64,000 nucleotides of DNA. Origin: an uncultured delta proteobacterium. GTDB taxonomy: Bacteria; Desulfobacterota; Syntrophia; Syntrophales; UBA5619. A model generated the notes under the pieces. That model saw only the letters and a program-made list of their open reading frames with translations, was not told the origin of the DNA and did not search any database. Each line of letters opens with the position of its first letter. The first letter of the stretch is position 1. Location of the stretch: positions 32,001 through 96,000 of the forward strand of contig CAWFOM010000009.1 in NCBI GenBank assembly GCA_963817385.1, given 5' to 3'. A program made the translations under genes and the position numbers. This document shows, one piece after another, positions 1-9,406 of the stretch.

Positions 1-346
1 CTCCGTTTCCCATCGCTATCAGATCAACAGCCGTGATCTCCGTTTTATTCAAAACGGCTTTACCGGCCCCCATAAAGGCCGACGCCTGCAAGGTACCGAA
101 GGTGGAAGGATTGACTTTATTGACATTCATCCCGCATTTGGTCAGCATTTTGCCGATATCAGCTTCATCCGGGGCGGCCAGGTAAGCGATCAGGGCATCG
201 GAACCCATCCCAATGGTCACCCCCAGGTCGCCGTCGCCCATCACCGCGTCGAGGTCCCGCAACTGGTCGACATGTCCCTTCATATCGCCGGCTACCTTGG
301 TTAAAACTGAGGCCAGATCCGCTCTGTTCAATTTAACACCCGTCAT
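1..346 (-). CDS. dhaL: Dihydroxyacetone kinase-family L subunit (DhaL), running off the window edge
   Basis: Manual translation from ATG at 346 gives MTGVKLNRADLASVLTKVAGDMKGHVDQLRDLDAVMGDGDLGVT, containing the DhaL LDxxxGDGDxG motif. ATGA overlap with the dhaK stop. Confidence 0.85.
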   Translation of the reverse strand, partial: MTGVKLNRADLASVLTKVAGDMKGHVDQLRDLDAVMGDGDLGVTIGMGSDALIAYLAAPDEADIGKMLTKCGMNVNKVNPSTFGTLQASAFMGAGKAVLNKTEITAVDLIAMGNG

Positions 347-1353
347 GACTTTCTCCATTGCGGCAGGAAGGGTGAAAAGGCCGGTGCGTCCAGCAGTTTC
401 TTGAATTCATCATCGAGACGAAGCAAACTCAATGAGGCTCCCGCCATCTCCATGGAGGTCGCGTATTCTCCCACAAAGGTCCTATAAACCTTTATTCCCT
501 GGGCTTTCAGGATATCATGGACCCTGCTGGAGAGGATAAACAACTCCTCCGGAGGGGTAGCGCCCAGTCCATTCATCAACATGGCCGCTTCATCGCCTGA
601 TTTGAAGGGCAGGTCATTGATGACCCTCTCAGCCATAATTGCAGCCACTTCATCCGCTTTCTTCAATTTGGTCCTTTCGATTCCCGGTTCGCCGTGAATT
701 CCCATGCCTATTTCCATCTCATCTTCGGCAATAGTAAAATTCGGCTTACCCACAGCGGGAATCGTGCAGGGGCTCAATGCCACTCCCATTGTACAGGTAT
801 TGGCGATGGCCCGGTCGGTCGTAGCCTTGACCTCATCGAGGGTGGCCATCGTATCAGCCTTCGCCCCGGCAATTTTATAGGCGAAGAATATACCGGCAAT
901 ACCGCGGCGACGCTCTTTCTGTGAAACGGGTGCCGAGGCGACGTCATCCGCCGCCACGCTTGATTTAACGGGGATATCATCCATAGACGCCATTTCGGCT
1001 GCCATCTCGAAATTCATCGTATCGCCGCTGTAGTTTCCGAAAAGATAAAAGACGCCTGCCCCGCCGTTAACCTCTCTGGTGACGGCCAGCATAGCATCGG
1101 CGCTCGGTGAAGCAAAAACATTGCCGATTGAGACCCCGTCCAGCAGTCCCGGACCTACATACCCTAAAAACACCGGAATGTGTCCCGAACCACCGCCGGT
1201 GCAAATGGCCACTTTTCCCTCGACCGGCGCGTCGGCCCGCACCAGACCGCGCGGGCTTTCCTTTGACAGGCGCAGGTGGAAAGGATAGGCTTTGAGAATT
1301 CCGGATATCGTCTCATCGACAAATTGAAGAGGATCATTAATCAACTTCTTCAT
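343..1353 (-). CDS. dhaK: Dihydroxyacetone kinase-family K subunit (DhaK); substrate could be DHA or erythrulose
   Basis: GGGSGH, GNVFASP, NYSGD and GMGIHGEPG motifs; GGAG RBS. Confidence 0.9.
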   Translation of the reverse strand: MKKLINDPLQFVDETISGILKAYPFHLRLSKESPRGLVRADAPVEGKVAICTGGGSGHIPVFLGYVGPGLLDGVSIGNVFASPSADAMLAVTREVNGGAGVFYLFGNYSGDTMNFEMAAEMASMDDIPVKSSVAADDVASAPVSQKERRRGIAGIFFAYKIAGAKADTMATLDEVKATTDRAIANTCTMGVALSPCTIPAVGKPNFTIAEDEMEIGMGIHGEPGIERTKLKKADEVAAIMAERVINDLPFKSGDEAAMLMNGLGATPPEELFILSSRVHDILKAQGIKVYRTFVGEYATSMEMAGASLSLLRLDDEFKKLLDAPAFSPFLPQWRKS

Positions 1354-1584
1354 TCATTTATCTCCTTTGGGAACGTCATTACCATTTCGTTATAATGGAA
1401 AACATCGAAAGCGATGATTGAATCGATAAGAAGTTGCGTTTGCGTGGGCTGAGGATACGGAAAGGAATCTTGTGTGTCAAGGCGAATTTAGCGGGCGAAT
1501 TTTTGCCTTTTGGATGCGAAAGGCCTTGTGGTAAGGTGAAAACATGAATCGGTAAAAAAAGGACCTTTTCAAGGAGGAGTCAAA

Positions 1585-3255
1585 ATGTTCTGGCGAAGCA
1601 AAGACATTCTTCAGTTTCCCGAGGGGGCCATGGTTCGCGGACTTTACAAATCCATGGGGTACAGCGACTATGACCTGTCCCGCCCTATGATCGGGATCGC
1701 CAATTCGTGGAACCGGGTGGTCCCGGGGCATTACAACCTGAACCTGGTTTCGGAGTACGTGAAGCAGGGAATCTTCCAGGCCGGGGGGACGCCGGTCGAA
1801 TTCGGAACGATTGCCGCCTGCGACGGGATCTCCCAGGGCCACGACGGGGGGCGTTACATCCTGCCCAGCCGCGACCTCATCGCCAATGACATCGAAACGA
1901 TGATCGAAGCCCACCGTCTGGACGGGGTGGTGCTCCTGGGGTCTTGCGACAAGATCGTCCCCGGCATGCTCATGGCCGCGGCACGCATGGACCTTCCCGC
2001 CATCCTGGTGGCGGGGGGCCCTATGGAAGGGGGCTGCGAGTTCGACGGCCGGGCGGCGGATATCACGGCCCTCACGGAAGCGATGGGAATGCTGACAACG
2101 GGAAAGATGACCGAAGAAGAATACCGCCATTTGGAAAATTGCGCCGGACCGGGCTGCGGCTCTTGTTCCTTCTTCGGGACGGCCAATACCATGTGTTGTC
2201 TTGCCGAGGCTCTGGGGCTGAGCCTTCCGGGGAGCGCGACCATCCCCGCCACGCGAGCCGACCGTCTGCGGGCCGCCCAGGAATCGGGGAGACAGGTCGT
2301 GCGCATGATCATGGAAGGGATTACGGCCCGGCGGATCATCAACAAAAAAAGCATCGAAAACACGATTCGCCTCAACGCCGCCGTGGGCGGTTCGACCAAC
2401 GCCATCCTCCACCTTCTGGCGATCGCCTATGAAGCGGACGTGGACCTCAATGTGGACAAGTTTGAAGAGCTGAGCCGAACGACCCCCTTGATCGCCAAGA
2501 TCTTCCCGGCGGCGGCGGAGAATGTGCCCGATTTCCATTTTGCCGGGGGTGTGCCGGCGGTGATGAAGGAAATTCTCCCCTTGCTGCATAAGGAAGCTCT
2601 CAGTGTGAACGGAAAAACAGTTGTCGAGAATGTGGCCGATGCCAAAATCATGAACCCCAAAATGATCAAGACCCTGGCCCAACCATGGGCCGCGGAGGGA
2701 GGTCTGGCAGTCCTGAGGGGGAATCTGGCGCCCAACAGCTGCATCACCAAGCCTGCCGCCATCCGGCCTGAAATCCACAAATTCACGGGCAAGGCGCACT
2801 GCTTCGATTCGGAGGAGGCGGCGAACCAGGCCATCCTGGACCGCAAGGTGGTCGAAGGGGAGGTCGTGGTCATTCGCTACGAGGGACCGAAGGGCGGGCC
2901 CGGGATGCGGGAGATGTACACAGCCATGAAGCTTTTGTTCGGTCAGGACCTGGCTCTCAAAACCGCCCTGGTGACCGATGGGAGGTTTTCGGGGACGAAC
3001 AACGGATGTTTCGTCGGCCACATTTCCCCCGAAGCCGCCGAGGGAGGCCCTCTGGCCATCGTCCGGGACGGGGATCCAATCACCATCGATATCCCCGCCA
3101 GGAAGCTGCACCTCCATGTCTCCGACGAGGAGATCAAGACCCGTCTGGCCAAATGGAAGCGGCCGGAGCCCAAGTTTAAAAAAGGGTACCTGGCCCTTTA
3201 CTCGCGCCTGGCTGAGTCGGCTGATAAAGGCGCGATCATTCGGAACAAATTCTAA
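1585..3255 (+). CDS. ilvD: IlvD/Edd-family dehydratase (dihydroxy-acid or sugar-acid dehydratase)
   Basis: CDG, CDKIVPG, GGSTN, YEGPKGGPGMREM, TDGRFSG and GHISPEA motifs; AGGAGG RBS. Confidence 0.9.
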   Translation: MFWRSKDILQFPEGAMVRGLYKSMGYSDYDLSRPMIGIANSWNRVVPGHYNLNLVSEYVKQGIFQAGGTPVEFGTIAACDGISQGHDGGRYILPSRDLIANDIETMIEAHRLDGVVLLGSCDKIVPGMLMAAARMDLPAILVAGGPMEGGCEFDGRAADITALTEAMGMLTTGKMTEEEYRHLENCAGPGCGSCSFFGTANTMCCLAEALGLSLPGSATIPATRADRLRAAQESGRQVVRMIMEGITARRIINKKSIENTIRLNAAVGGSTNAILHLLAIAYEADVDLNVDKFEELSRTTPLIAKIFPAAAENVPDFHFAGGVPAVMKEILPLLHKEALSVNGKTVVENVADAKIMNPKMIKTLAQPWAAEGGLAVLRGNLAPNSCITKPAAIRPEIHKFTGKAHCFDSEEAANQAILDRKVVEGEVVVIRYEGPKGGPGMREMYTAMKLLFGQDLALKTALVTDGRFSGTNNGCFVGHISPEAAEGGPLAIVRDGDPITIDIPARKLHLHVSDEEIKTRLAKWKRPEPKFKKGYLALYSRLAESADKGAIIRNKF

Positions 3256-3278
3256 AAGGAAGGGAGGCCAACCGACCC

Positions 3279-3956
3279 TCATCTTGCCGGAAACGATTCT
3301 CGGAGCCGGTGGACATCGGACATATGACGGACATGATAGGTCTTCATGCCGGTTGCCCTGGCAGGGGTCAGATCAATTCCCTCTTCATCACCGATAGCGA
3401 GACACTTTTCAGGGAGCACGTCGAGCAGGCGGGCCATGGTAGAACATAGGACCCGGTCCGGTTTGGTTCTCCCCGTCTCGGACACCGTAAGGATCGCTTG
3501 GAAAAAAGGACCGACACCAAGGATCTCCAAAATACGGTCGGTGTGGACCCGATGGTTATTGGTGAGCAGTCCAAGTCGATAACGACTCGAGAGGATCGAG
3601 ATGGTTGTCACGAGTTCCGGATCCTGCCGGAGGAAGCTTCCGGGATCGATTGTGCGGATAGTCTTATTTCGCCATACTTCCCAAACAATGCCTAACTCAC
3701 GCAATATCAAAGTGTTGCTTGGGGTATAACCGCATCGCGCTGCAAGGACCGTCCGAGTTCGGTTATAGAGCTCCTTTGTCTCGAGATGATCAATTCCTTT
3801 AACTTCAGCTATGAGGTTGCAGGCGGCCTGCCGATAAGCTCCTTTGAACTCCGGGCTTGTATAGAGGGTGTCGTCCATGTCGAAAATCAACGCCTGGATG
3901 TCCTTCCATTCGTCTTGATTGAAAGGGGATGTTGTGACTTCAGCGTTCGACATCAT
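3279..3956 (-). CDS. HAD-family hydrolase/phosphatase
   Basis: FDMDDTL motif I, LTN, KP and GD...D motifs. Confidence 0.8.
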   Translation of the reverse strand: MMSNAEVTTSPFNQDEWKDIQALIFDMDDTLYTSPEFKGAYRQAACNLIAEVKGIDHLETKELYNRTRTVLAARCGYTPSNTLILRELGIVWEVWRNKTIRTIDPGSFLRQDPELVTTISILSSRYRLGLLTNNHRVHTDRILEILGVGPFFQAILTVSETGRTKPDRVLCSTMARLLDVLPEKCLAIGDEEGIDLTPARATGMKTYHVRHMSDVHRLRESFPAR

Positions 3957-4058
3957 CGGTGCCCTGTTGACGCCCCGCTGCGCCCACCCTGTTCTTTATC
4001 GGTCATGTACGGCCGAGCAGGCTCGGTGGCGGTGCACTGCAAAGGGGCAATATGGAAA

Positions 4059-4838
4059 TTAGACGGAGCTGGTAAGGCCGCCATCAACATAGATGATTTG
4101 CCCGTTTACAAATGTCGAAGCCTTTGACGCAAGAAACACGGCGGTACCGCACAGTTCGTCGACATTTCCCCATCGTCCGGCAGGAGTTCTCTTGCATAAC
4201 CAATCGGAAAATTCCTTGTTCTCGACAAGAGCCTTGTTCATTTCCGTCGCAAAATAACCCGGTGCAATGCCATTGATTTGGATGCCGTATTTCGCCCATT
4301 CCACGCACATGCCCTTGGTCAACATCGCCACTCCCCCTTTCGTCGCAGCATAAGGAGCGACGGTGGAACGACCGAGCTGGCTTAGAACCGAACAAATGTT
4401 GATGATCTTACCTGTCATTCGCGGGATCATATATTTTGCGACAGCCTGAGAAACATGAAATACACTGCTCAGATTGGTATTGATCAGTCTTTCCCATGCA
4501 TCTGCGGGAAAATTTTCCAGGGGTGCACGATACTGAATGCCTGCATTATTAACCAGAATATCAATAACTCCGATTTCGGACTCAATTTTACGAATTGATG
4601 ATACGACAGCGTCACGCTCTGTTGCGTCAAATATGGACGTCGCTATGGTAAACCCCTCTTTCCTCAATTCTCCGGCCGCGCGTGCTAATTTTTCCCGATC
4701 GCGGCCATTCAGCACGATTGCCGCTCCGGCTTCAGCGAGTCCCTTTGCCAGAGCCAAGCCAATTCCCTGGCTTGATCCGGTAATTAATGCACGCGACCCG
4801 GTAAGATCAAAAGGATTCTTTCTATCAGATTTATTCAT
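4059..4838 (-). CDS. idnO: Gluconate 5-dehydrogenase (SDR)
   Basis: TGSSQGIG, NNAGIQ, YAATK, APGYFATEMN, RTPAGRWG; directly downstream of an idnD-like gene. Confidence 0.85.
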   Translation of the reverse strand: MNKSDRKNPFDLTGSRALITGSSQGIGLALAKGLAEAGAAIVLNGRDREKLARAAGELRKEGFTIATSIFDATERDAVVSSIRKIESEIGVIDILVNNAGIQYRAPLENFPADAWERLINTNLSSVFHVSQAVAKYMIPRMTGKIINICSVLSQLGRSTVAPYAATKGGVAMLTKGMCVEWAKYGIQINGIAPGYFATEMNKALVENKEFSDWLCKRTPAGRWGNVDELCGTAVFLASKASTFVNGQIIYVDGGLTSSV

Positions 4839-4880
4839 TGTTCCTCCAGGCGGGGATATCAGCCGTTCAGGGAAAAGATC

Positions 4881-5927
4881 CTAAAAAGACAGTTGCACCT
4901 TCATTTGCGCTTTCCGATCGCTTGCAAGATGAAAAGCTTCGACAGCTCTTTCGAAGGGAAGAGTTGCGGTTATAATCGGTTTTACATCAATCTTTCCTTC
5001 GCGGATCAGACGCACAGCGAAAGGAAATTCTGAATTACAGCGGTGCGTACCAACCAACGCAATCTCTTTACCCACCAGCCCATTAATTGGGACAGAGACA
5101 TCTCCCGTCACCGTCAAACCCACCTGAACAATAGTCCCGCGTGGCTTTACGACAGGAATGACACCACGCAATACCGACGAAGCGCCCGTACATTCGAAGG
5201 CCACGTCAAAATAACCCTTATCCGAAAGAAACTCCTTTTTTTCAAGTCCCGGCTCAATCGAAACGTTCACGACTCGCGTCGCTCCCATCTCCATAGCCTT
5301 CTTTAATGCCGCATCATGAAGATCGGCAGCAACCACTTCAGCCGCACCCGCGTAACGGGCCACGGCAATAACAAGAGCGCCAATCGGACCAGAACCGTTT
5401 ACGAGGATCTTTTTACCCATTAACGTCCCGGCCTGGTTTACCGCATGCAGCGATACGGCAAGAGGTTCGGCACACGCAGCCTCTCCAAACGAAACCGAAT
5501 CGCCGACCGACTCGCAACGGAACTCCTCAGTGATCAGCCGTTCCCGAAACGCCCCGTGACTATGGGGCACGCGCATGGCACTTCCGTAAAACCACACATC
5601 CAGACAATGTTGTTGTTGGCCTAATTGGCAGAAAGTACAACGGCCGCATGGGAGACTCGGATTGAGAGCGATGTGATCTCCGACATTAACCTTTGTAACT
5701 TTAGGACCGACCGCTTCAACCGTTCCGGATACTTCATGACCGAGTATCATCGGCTCCTTTATTCTCACCGTTCCAAACCCGCCATCGAGATAGTAGTGGC
5801 GATCGGAGCCGCAAATTCCTCCTGCAAGAACACGGACCAAAACCTGCGTTTCTCCCAGTGCACCAAGCGGAACCTTCTCGATTCGCAGATCCAGTTTATC
5901 GTGAATGACACAAGCCAAACTCTCCAC
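4881..5927 (-). CDS. idnD: L-idonate 5-dehydrogenase (Zn-dependent MDR)
   Basis: GGICGSD, GHE, CxxCxxC...C, FYGSAMRVPH, AEPLAV, C-terminal MKVQLSF. Confidence 0.85.
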   Translation of the reverse strand: MESLACVIHDKLDLRIEKVPLGALGETQVLVRVLAGGICGSDRHYYLDGGFGTVRIKEPMILGHEVSGTVEAVGPKVTKVNVGDHIALNPSLPCGRCTFCQLGQQQHCLDVWFYGSAMRVPHSHGAFRERLITEEFRCESVGDSVSFGEAACAEPLAVSLHAVNQAGTLMGKKILVNGSGPIGALVIAVARYAGAAEVVAADLHDAALKKAMEMGATRVVNVSIEPGLEKKEFLSDKGYFDVAFECTGASSVLRGVIPVVKPRGTIVQVGLTVTGDVSVPINGLVGKEIALVGTHRCNSEFPFAVRLIREGKIDVKPIITATLPFERAVEAFHLASDRKAQMKVQLSF

Positions 5928-6090
5928 TACATCCTCCGAATCGTCATTGATATGAGCGCAGCATTACCGTCAATCCGATCAGGACGAGGCAATGGGCGGA
6001 TGAAGCAACCTCTTTTGCACCGAAATTGCTATTTGTCCGGGCAACAGAAGTAGAGATTCGGAACAACCGGCAATTCTGCCGCAACCTGGA

Positions 6091-6843
6091 TCACCATGCC
6101 GTCGCGCCACCGTCCACCGGAAAGGCCACCCCGTTGATGAACGCCGCCTCGTCCGAAGCCAGGTAAAGCGCGGCGCTGGCCACATCCTCCATACTGGCGA
6201 GACGGCCCAGAGGCACCTCACCCACGCGCTCCTGCCTGCGATCGAGATCCTTCATCATCTCTTGAACCAGAGGGGTCTCCACCGTACTGGGGCAGAGCAC
6301 ATTGGCCCGGATGTTGTCTTTGGCATAGCGGACGGCCACTGACCGGGTCAGCTGGGAAATTGCACCCTTTGTCAAGGTGTAGGCTTCGGGGGTAAACTTG
6401 TGGCCGATGAGGCTGCAGACCGAACCCATGCTGATGATGGAACCACCGCCGTTTTTACGCATCAGGGGCAGGGTGTGCTTGATGCCGAGAAACGGCCCTC
6501 GGACATTCACGGCCAGCATCCTGTCAAGGCTCTCAACGCTCATCTCCTCGATGAGCTGGCGGATGTTGATTCCGGCGTTGTTCACCAGGGTGTCGAGCTT
6601 TCCCGCCTTGTCGATCAGCGCGGCCAGCGCGGCCGTCCAACTCTCCTCGTCGGCCACGTCCAGGCGGACAAACCAGGCCTGGGCGCCCTTCGAGGTAAGT
6701 TCGGCCGCGGCGGCCCGGCCCTGATCCTCCTTGATGTCGCCGAGAAAAACCAGGGCGCCCTCCAGGCTGAACCGGCGGGCGATGGCCAGTCCCAGACCCT
6801 GAGAAGCGCCGGTGACGAGGGCAACTTTGTTTTTGAGACGCAT
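6091..6843 (-). CDS. SDR-family NAD(P)-dependent oxidoreductase
   Basis: TGASQGLG, NNAG, YTLTK, VDGG. Confidence 0.9.
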   Translation of the reverse strand: MRLKNKVALVTGASQGLGLAIARRFSLEGALVFLGDIKEDQGRAAAAELTSKGAQAWFVRLDVADEESWTAALAALIDKAGKLDTLVNNAGINIRQLIEEMSVESLDRMLAVNVRGPFLGIKHTLPLMRKNGGGSIISMGSVCSLIGHKFTPEAYTLTKGAISQLTRSVAVRYAKDNIRANVLCPSTVETPLVQEMMKDLDRRQERVGEVPLGRLASMEDVASAALYLASDEAAFINGVAFPVDGGATAW

Positions 6844-6983
6844 AGGATTCTCTTTCTATCGCCGCCGCCATGGGTCGGAGCATTGCGGCGATGGGTGTTG
6901 ATGCGGTGGAAACTCCCGTGCACTCCCCATTCCATTGTGGGGTGCACGGTTGCTTCTCTTCCCGCGGATTGAGCACGTACTGG

Positions 6984-7233
6984 CTAGCTGGCCTTGTTGA
7001 CCGTTGCCCGGTACTCATCCAGGAGCGACTTGCCGAGGAGGAAAATGTGCGGGCCGGTCGCCGGTTCGGGTTGTGCCGGGAGCAGTCGGCCCCGCCTCAG
7101 CCTTGACGCGCACGATTTCGGAGGGAAGTTTGCTACCTGGAGACCAGGTGCGGCGAAGAATCTGATCACGGAGCTGCCAGAAAACCTGGCCGCGGACGCT
7201 CTCTTCTTTGATGGGTTTGAGCATGGTTACCAT
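6984..7233 (-). pseudogene. Truncated GntR/FadR-family regulator joined to an unrelated fragment
   Basis: MLKPIKEESVRGQVFWQLRDQILRRTWSPGSKLPSE is a GntR N-terminus. Similarity ends at about 7118, before the HTH helices. Confidence 0.7.
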
Positions 7234-7521
7234 CCAAGGTCATAGCCCAAATTGTCATTGCCCAAATCAGAGGTTGTCCGATATCCTACACCTGATCACT
7301 TGTCAAGAATTTTTCAATGAGATCCGTTGATAGGAACTGGAAGGCTGAACGATCAAACAATGGTAATCCTTAATGTAGTGGTTCTGAAGAAAATGTGGTA
7401 GGGTTGAAAGAAATGGAGACCAATGTTTAGGTACCAGTTGCCTCATTGAAAAATGTTGCCGAAGGAGTTGAGTTGGAAGGTAAATAACTAGGACTTCCAT
7501 TTTGTTCGATAAGGATTGAAG

Positions 7522-8892
7522 ATGAATGATTTGTTGATGGCCTTTTATGGCGATGATTTTACCGGTTCGGCAGACGCGATGGAGGCACTGACTTTAAATG
7601 GCGTGCCGACTGTGTTGTTTCTTGACCGGCCTGATCCCGCTTTACTGAAAAGACGATTGAAAAACGTTCGGGCCGTGGGCGTAGCCGGAACCAGCCGAAC
7701 CATGACGCCATCGCAAATGGACGAGGAATTACCCGGGCAGTTTCAGATGCTCAAAGATCTGGGAGTCCCTCTTATCCATTACAAAGTATGCGCGACTTTT
7801 GACTCGTCAGCCAGGATCGGCAGCATCGGGCATGCGGCTGACCTCGCATTTAGCGTGATCAAACCACCATTCGGGGTCATTGTCCAAGGCGTTCCGATTA
7901 TCGGACGCTATGTAGTATTCGGTAATCATTTCACTACGGTAGGGAATAAAACCTACCGCCTTGATCGTCACCCGATGATGAGCAGACATCCTATTACCCC
8001 TATGGACGAAGGAGACCTGAGATTACATTTTGCCAAACAAACGGGGAAAAAAGTTGAACTGATTGATCTGCTGCAGCTAAGCAAACCATTTGATTCAATC
8101 TCCCGTCAATTTGACCAGTACATCGACCAAGGAAATGAAATTATCCTTTTTGACACCCTGGAAGAAATAAATCTTCTCAAGATTGGCCAGCTAATAAATA
8201 AAAAAATCGGCTCTCAACCGATTTTTGCCATTGGTTCTTCAGGATTTGAGTATGCGATGGCACTCTATTGGCAATCTGCAGGCATTGTTTCAAAACCGAA
8301 TCCGATTCCTCCGGCAGGACCAGTGGATCAGCTAATCGTAGTAAGCGGCAGTGCGGCAGACAAGACTGCCGAACAAATCAAATACGCCATGGATCACGGC
8401 ATTGAGGGTATTCGACTGAACACTGATCTGCTCATTGATCATGAAACCGTCAAAGACGAACGGAATCGCGTGATTCAACACTCACTAAAATTTCTTCGCC
8501 AAGGGAAAAGCATTATCCTCTTCTCTACCGTTGGACCAGATGATCCGTACATCAAAAAAACCAAAGATACGATGAAATCTTTGGGTATTGATGTAAATGA
8601 AGTCGGGAAACATCTTGGAAAACAACAAGGATTAATACTACGTGAATTGGTAGAAATAGCAGGACTGAAAAGAGTGTGCGTTGCAGGAGGAGACACCTGC
8701 AGTTATGTATTGCGCCAAATGGATATAAATTCGCTGGAGCTGTTGATGCCGATTACCCCAGCGGCTCCGCTATGCCGTGCGTTCTCCGATAATCCCACAT
8801 TTGAAGGCCTCCAGGTTGCTTCAAAAGGCGGACAAATAGGTGCACCTGAATATTTTATTCAAGTCCTAAACGGACAAAGAGCGAATCTCTGA
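7522..8892 (+). CDS. Four-carbon acid sugar kinase family (DUF1537), 3-oxo-isoapionate kinase-like
   Basis: FYGDDFTGS, HYKVCATFDS, HPMMSRHPITPMDE, AGGDT, KGGQIG. The FYGDD/KGGQ pattern fits the OiaK-like subgroup. Confidence 0.85.
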   Translation: MNDLLMAFYGDDFTGSADAMEALTLNGVPTVLFLDRPDPALLKRRLKNVRAVGVAGTSRTMTPSQMDEELPGQFQMLKDLGVPLIHYKVCATFDSSARIGSIGHAADLAFSVIKPPFGVIVQGVPIIGRYVVFGNHFTTVGNKTYRLDRHPMMSRHPITPMDEGDLRLHFAKQTGKKVELIDLLQLSKPFDSISRQFDQYIDQGNEIILFDTLEEINLLKIGQLINKKIGSQPIFAIGSSGFEYAMALYWQSAGIVSKPNPIPPAGPVDQLIVVSGSAADKTAEQIKYAMDHGIEGIRLNTDLLIDHETVKDERNRVIQHSLKFLRQGKSIILFSTVGPDDPYIKKTKDTMKSLGIDVNEVGKHLGKQQGLILRELVEIAGLKRVCVAGGDTCSYVLRQMDINSLELLMPITPAAPLCRAFSDNPTFEGLQVASKGGQIGAPEYFIQVLNGQRANL

Positions 8893-8917
8893 CGCACTAA
8901 ACCTGAATCCGCGATTC

Positions 8918-9024
8918 CATCCGGAGGATCTTATGCCGGAATATCGCCTCCAGTTTTTCAACTCCGAGGGAGGCGCTGCCCGGAACATGCCTTTGCCGTA
9001 GAAATATCCGTCAGTGATCAGAAT
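8918..9024 (-). pseudogene. Fragment of an IS91-family-like transposase
   Basis: The minus strand reads ILITDGYFYGKGMFRAAPPSELK, then after a 1-nt shift LEAIFRHKILRM. This resembles the segment after the HxH motif of IS91-type transposases. Confidence 0.5.
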
Positions 9025-9032
9025 AGGAAATT

Positions 9033-9194
9033 CTATAGAGTCGAGCAGCGGGCGACGCAGCGAAGGGAAAGTTCCTTCGCCCGATGACAGCTCACGAAGT
9101 GGTTCGGGGCAATCCATTCCTGCACCGGCGTCATTTCCCGGCAGACGGCCTCCGCATAACTGCATCGGGGATGGAAATAACAGCCAGGCCGGAG
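9033..9194 (-). pseudogene. C-terminal fragment of an oligopeptide/dipeptide ABC transporter ATPase
   Basis: LRPGCYFHPRCSYAEAVCREMTPVQEWIAPNHFVSCHRAKELSL matches the Cys-containing oligo_HPY tail. No ATPase domain lies upstream. Confidence 0.75.
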
Positions 9195-9258
9195 TATGAG
9201 GGAAGGGGGGCTTGTATGTCAAGAAAAATTGGCCCCAACATATGGGTGCTAAGCGGAG

Positions 9259-9351
9259 ACGATCGCGGACCTCGATGGTCACCCCGCGATCCGGGCTTCC
9301 CATGTCGCGGAAGCCATCCAATACAGAAGCCTTGATCGCCGCCTCATTTAA
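9259..9351 (+). pseudogene. comM: Orphan 3' end of comM/yifB (Mg-chelatase-like AAA+ ATPase)
   Basis: TIADLDGHPAIRASHVAEAIQYRSLDRRLI* matches the ComM C-terminal RTIADL...H..EAIQYR motif. In-frame TAA at 9250-9252 just upstream. Confidence 0.8.
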
Positions 9352-9406
9352 TGATAAAGACCAACGTACTTACTCACCATCGAATGGTTGCTTTAAGGAG
9401 ACGACA

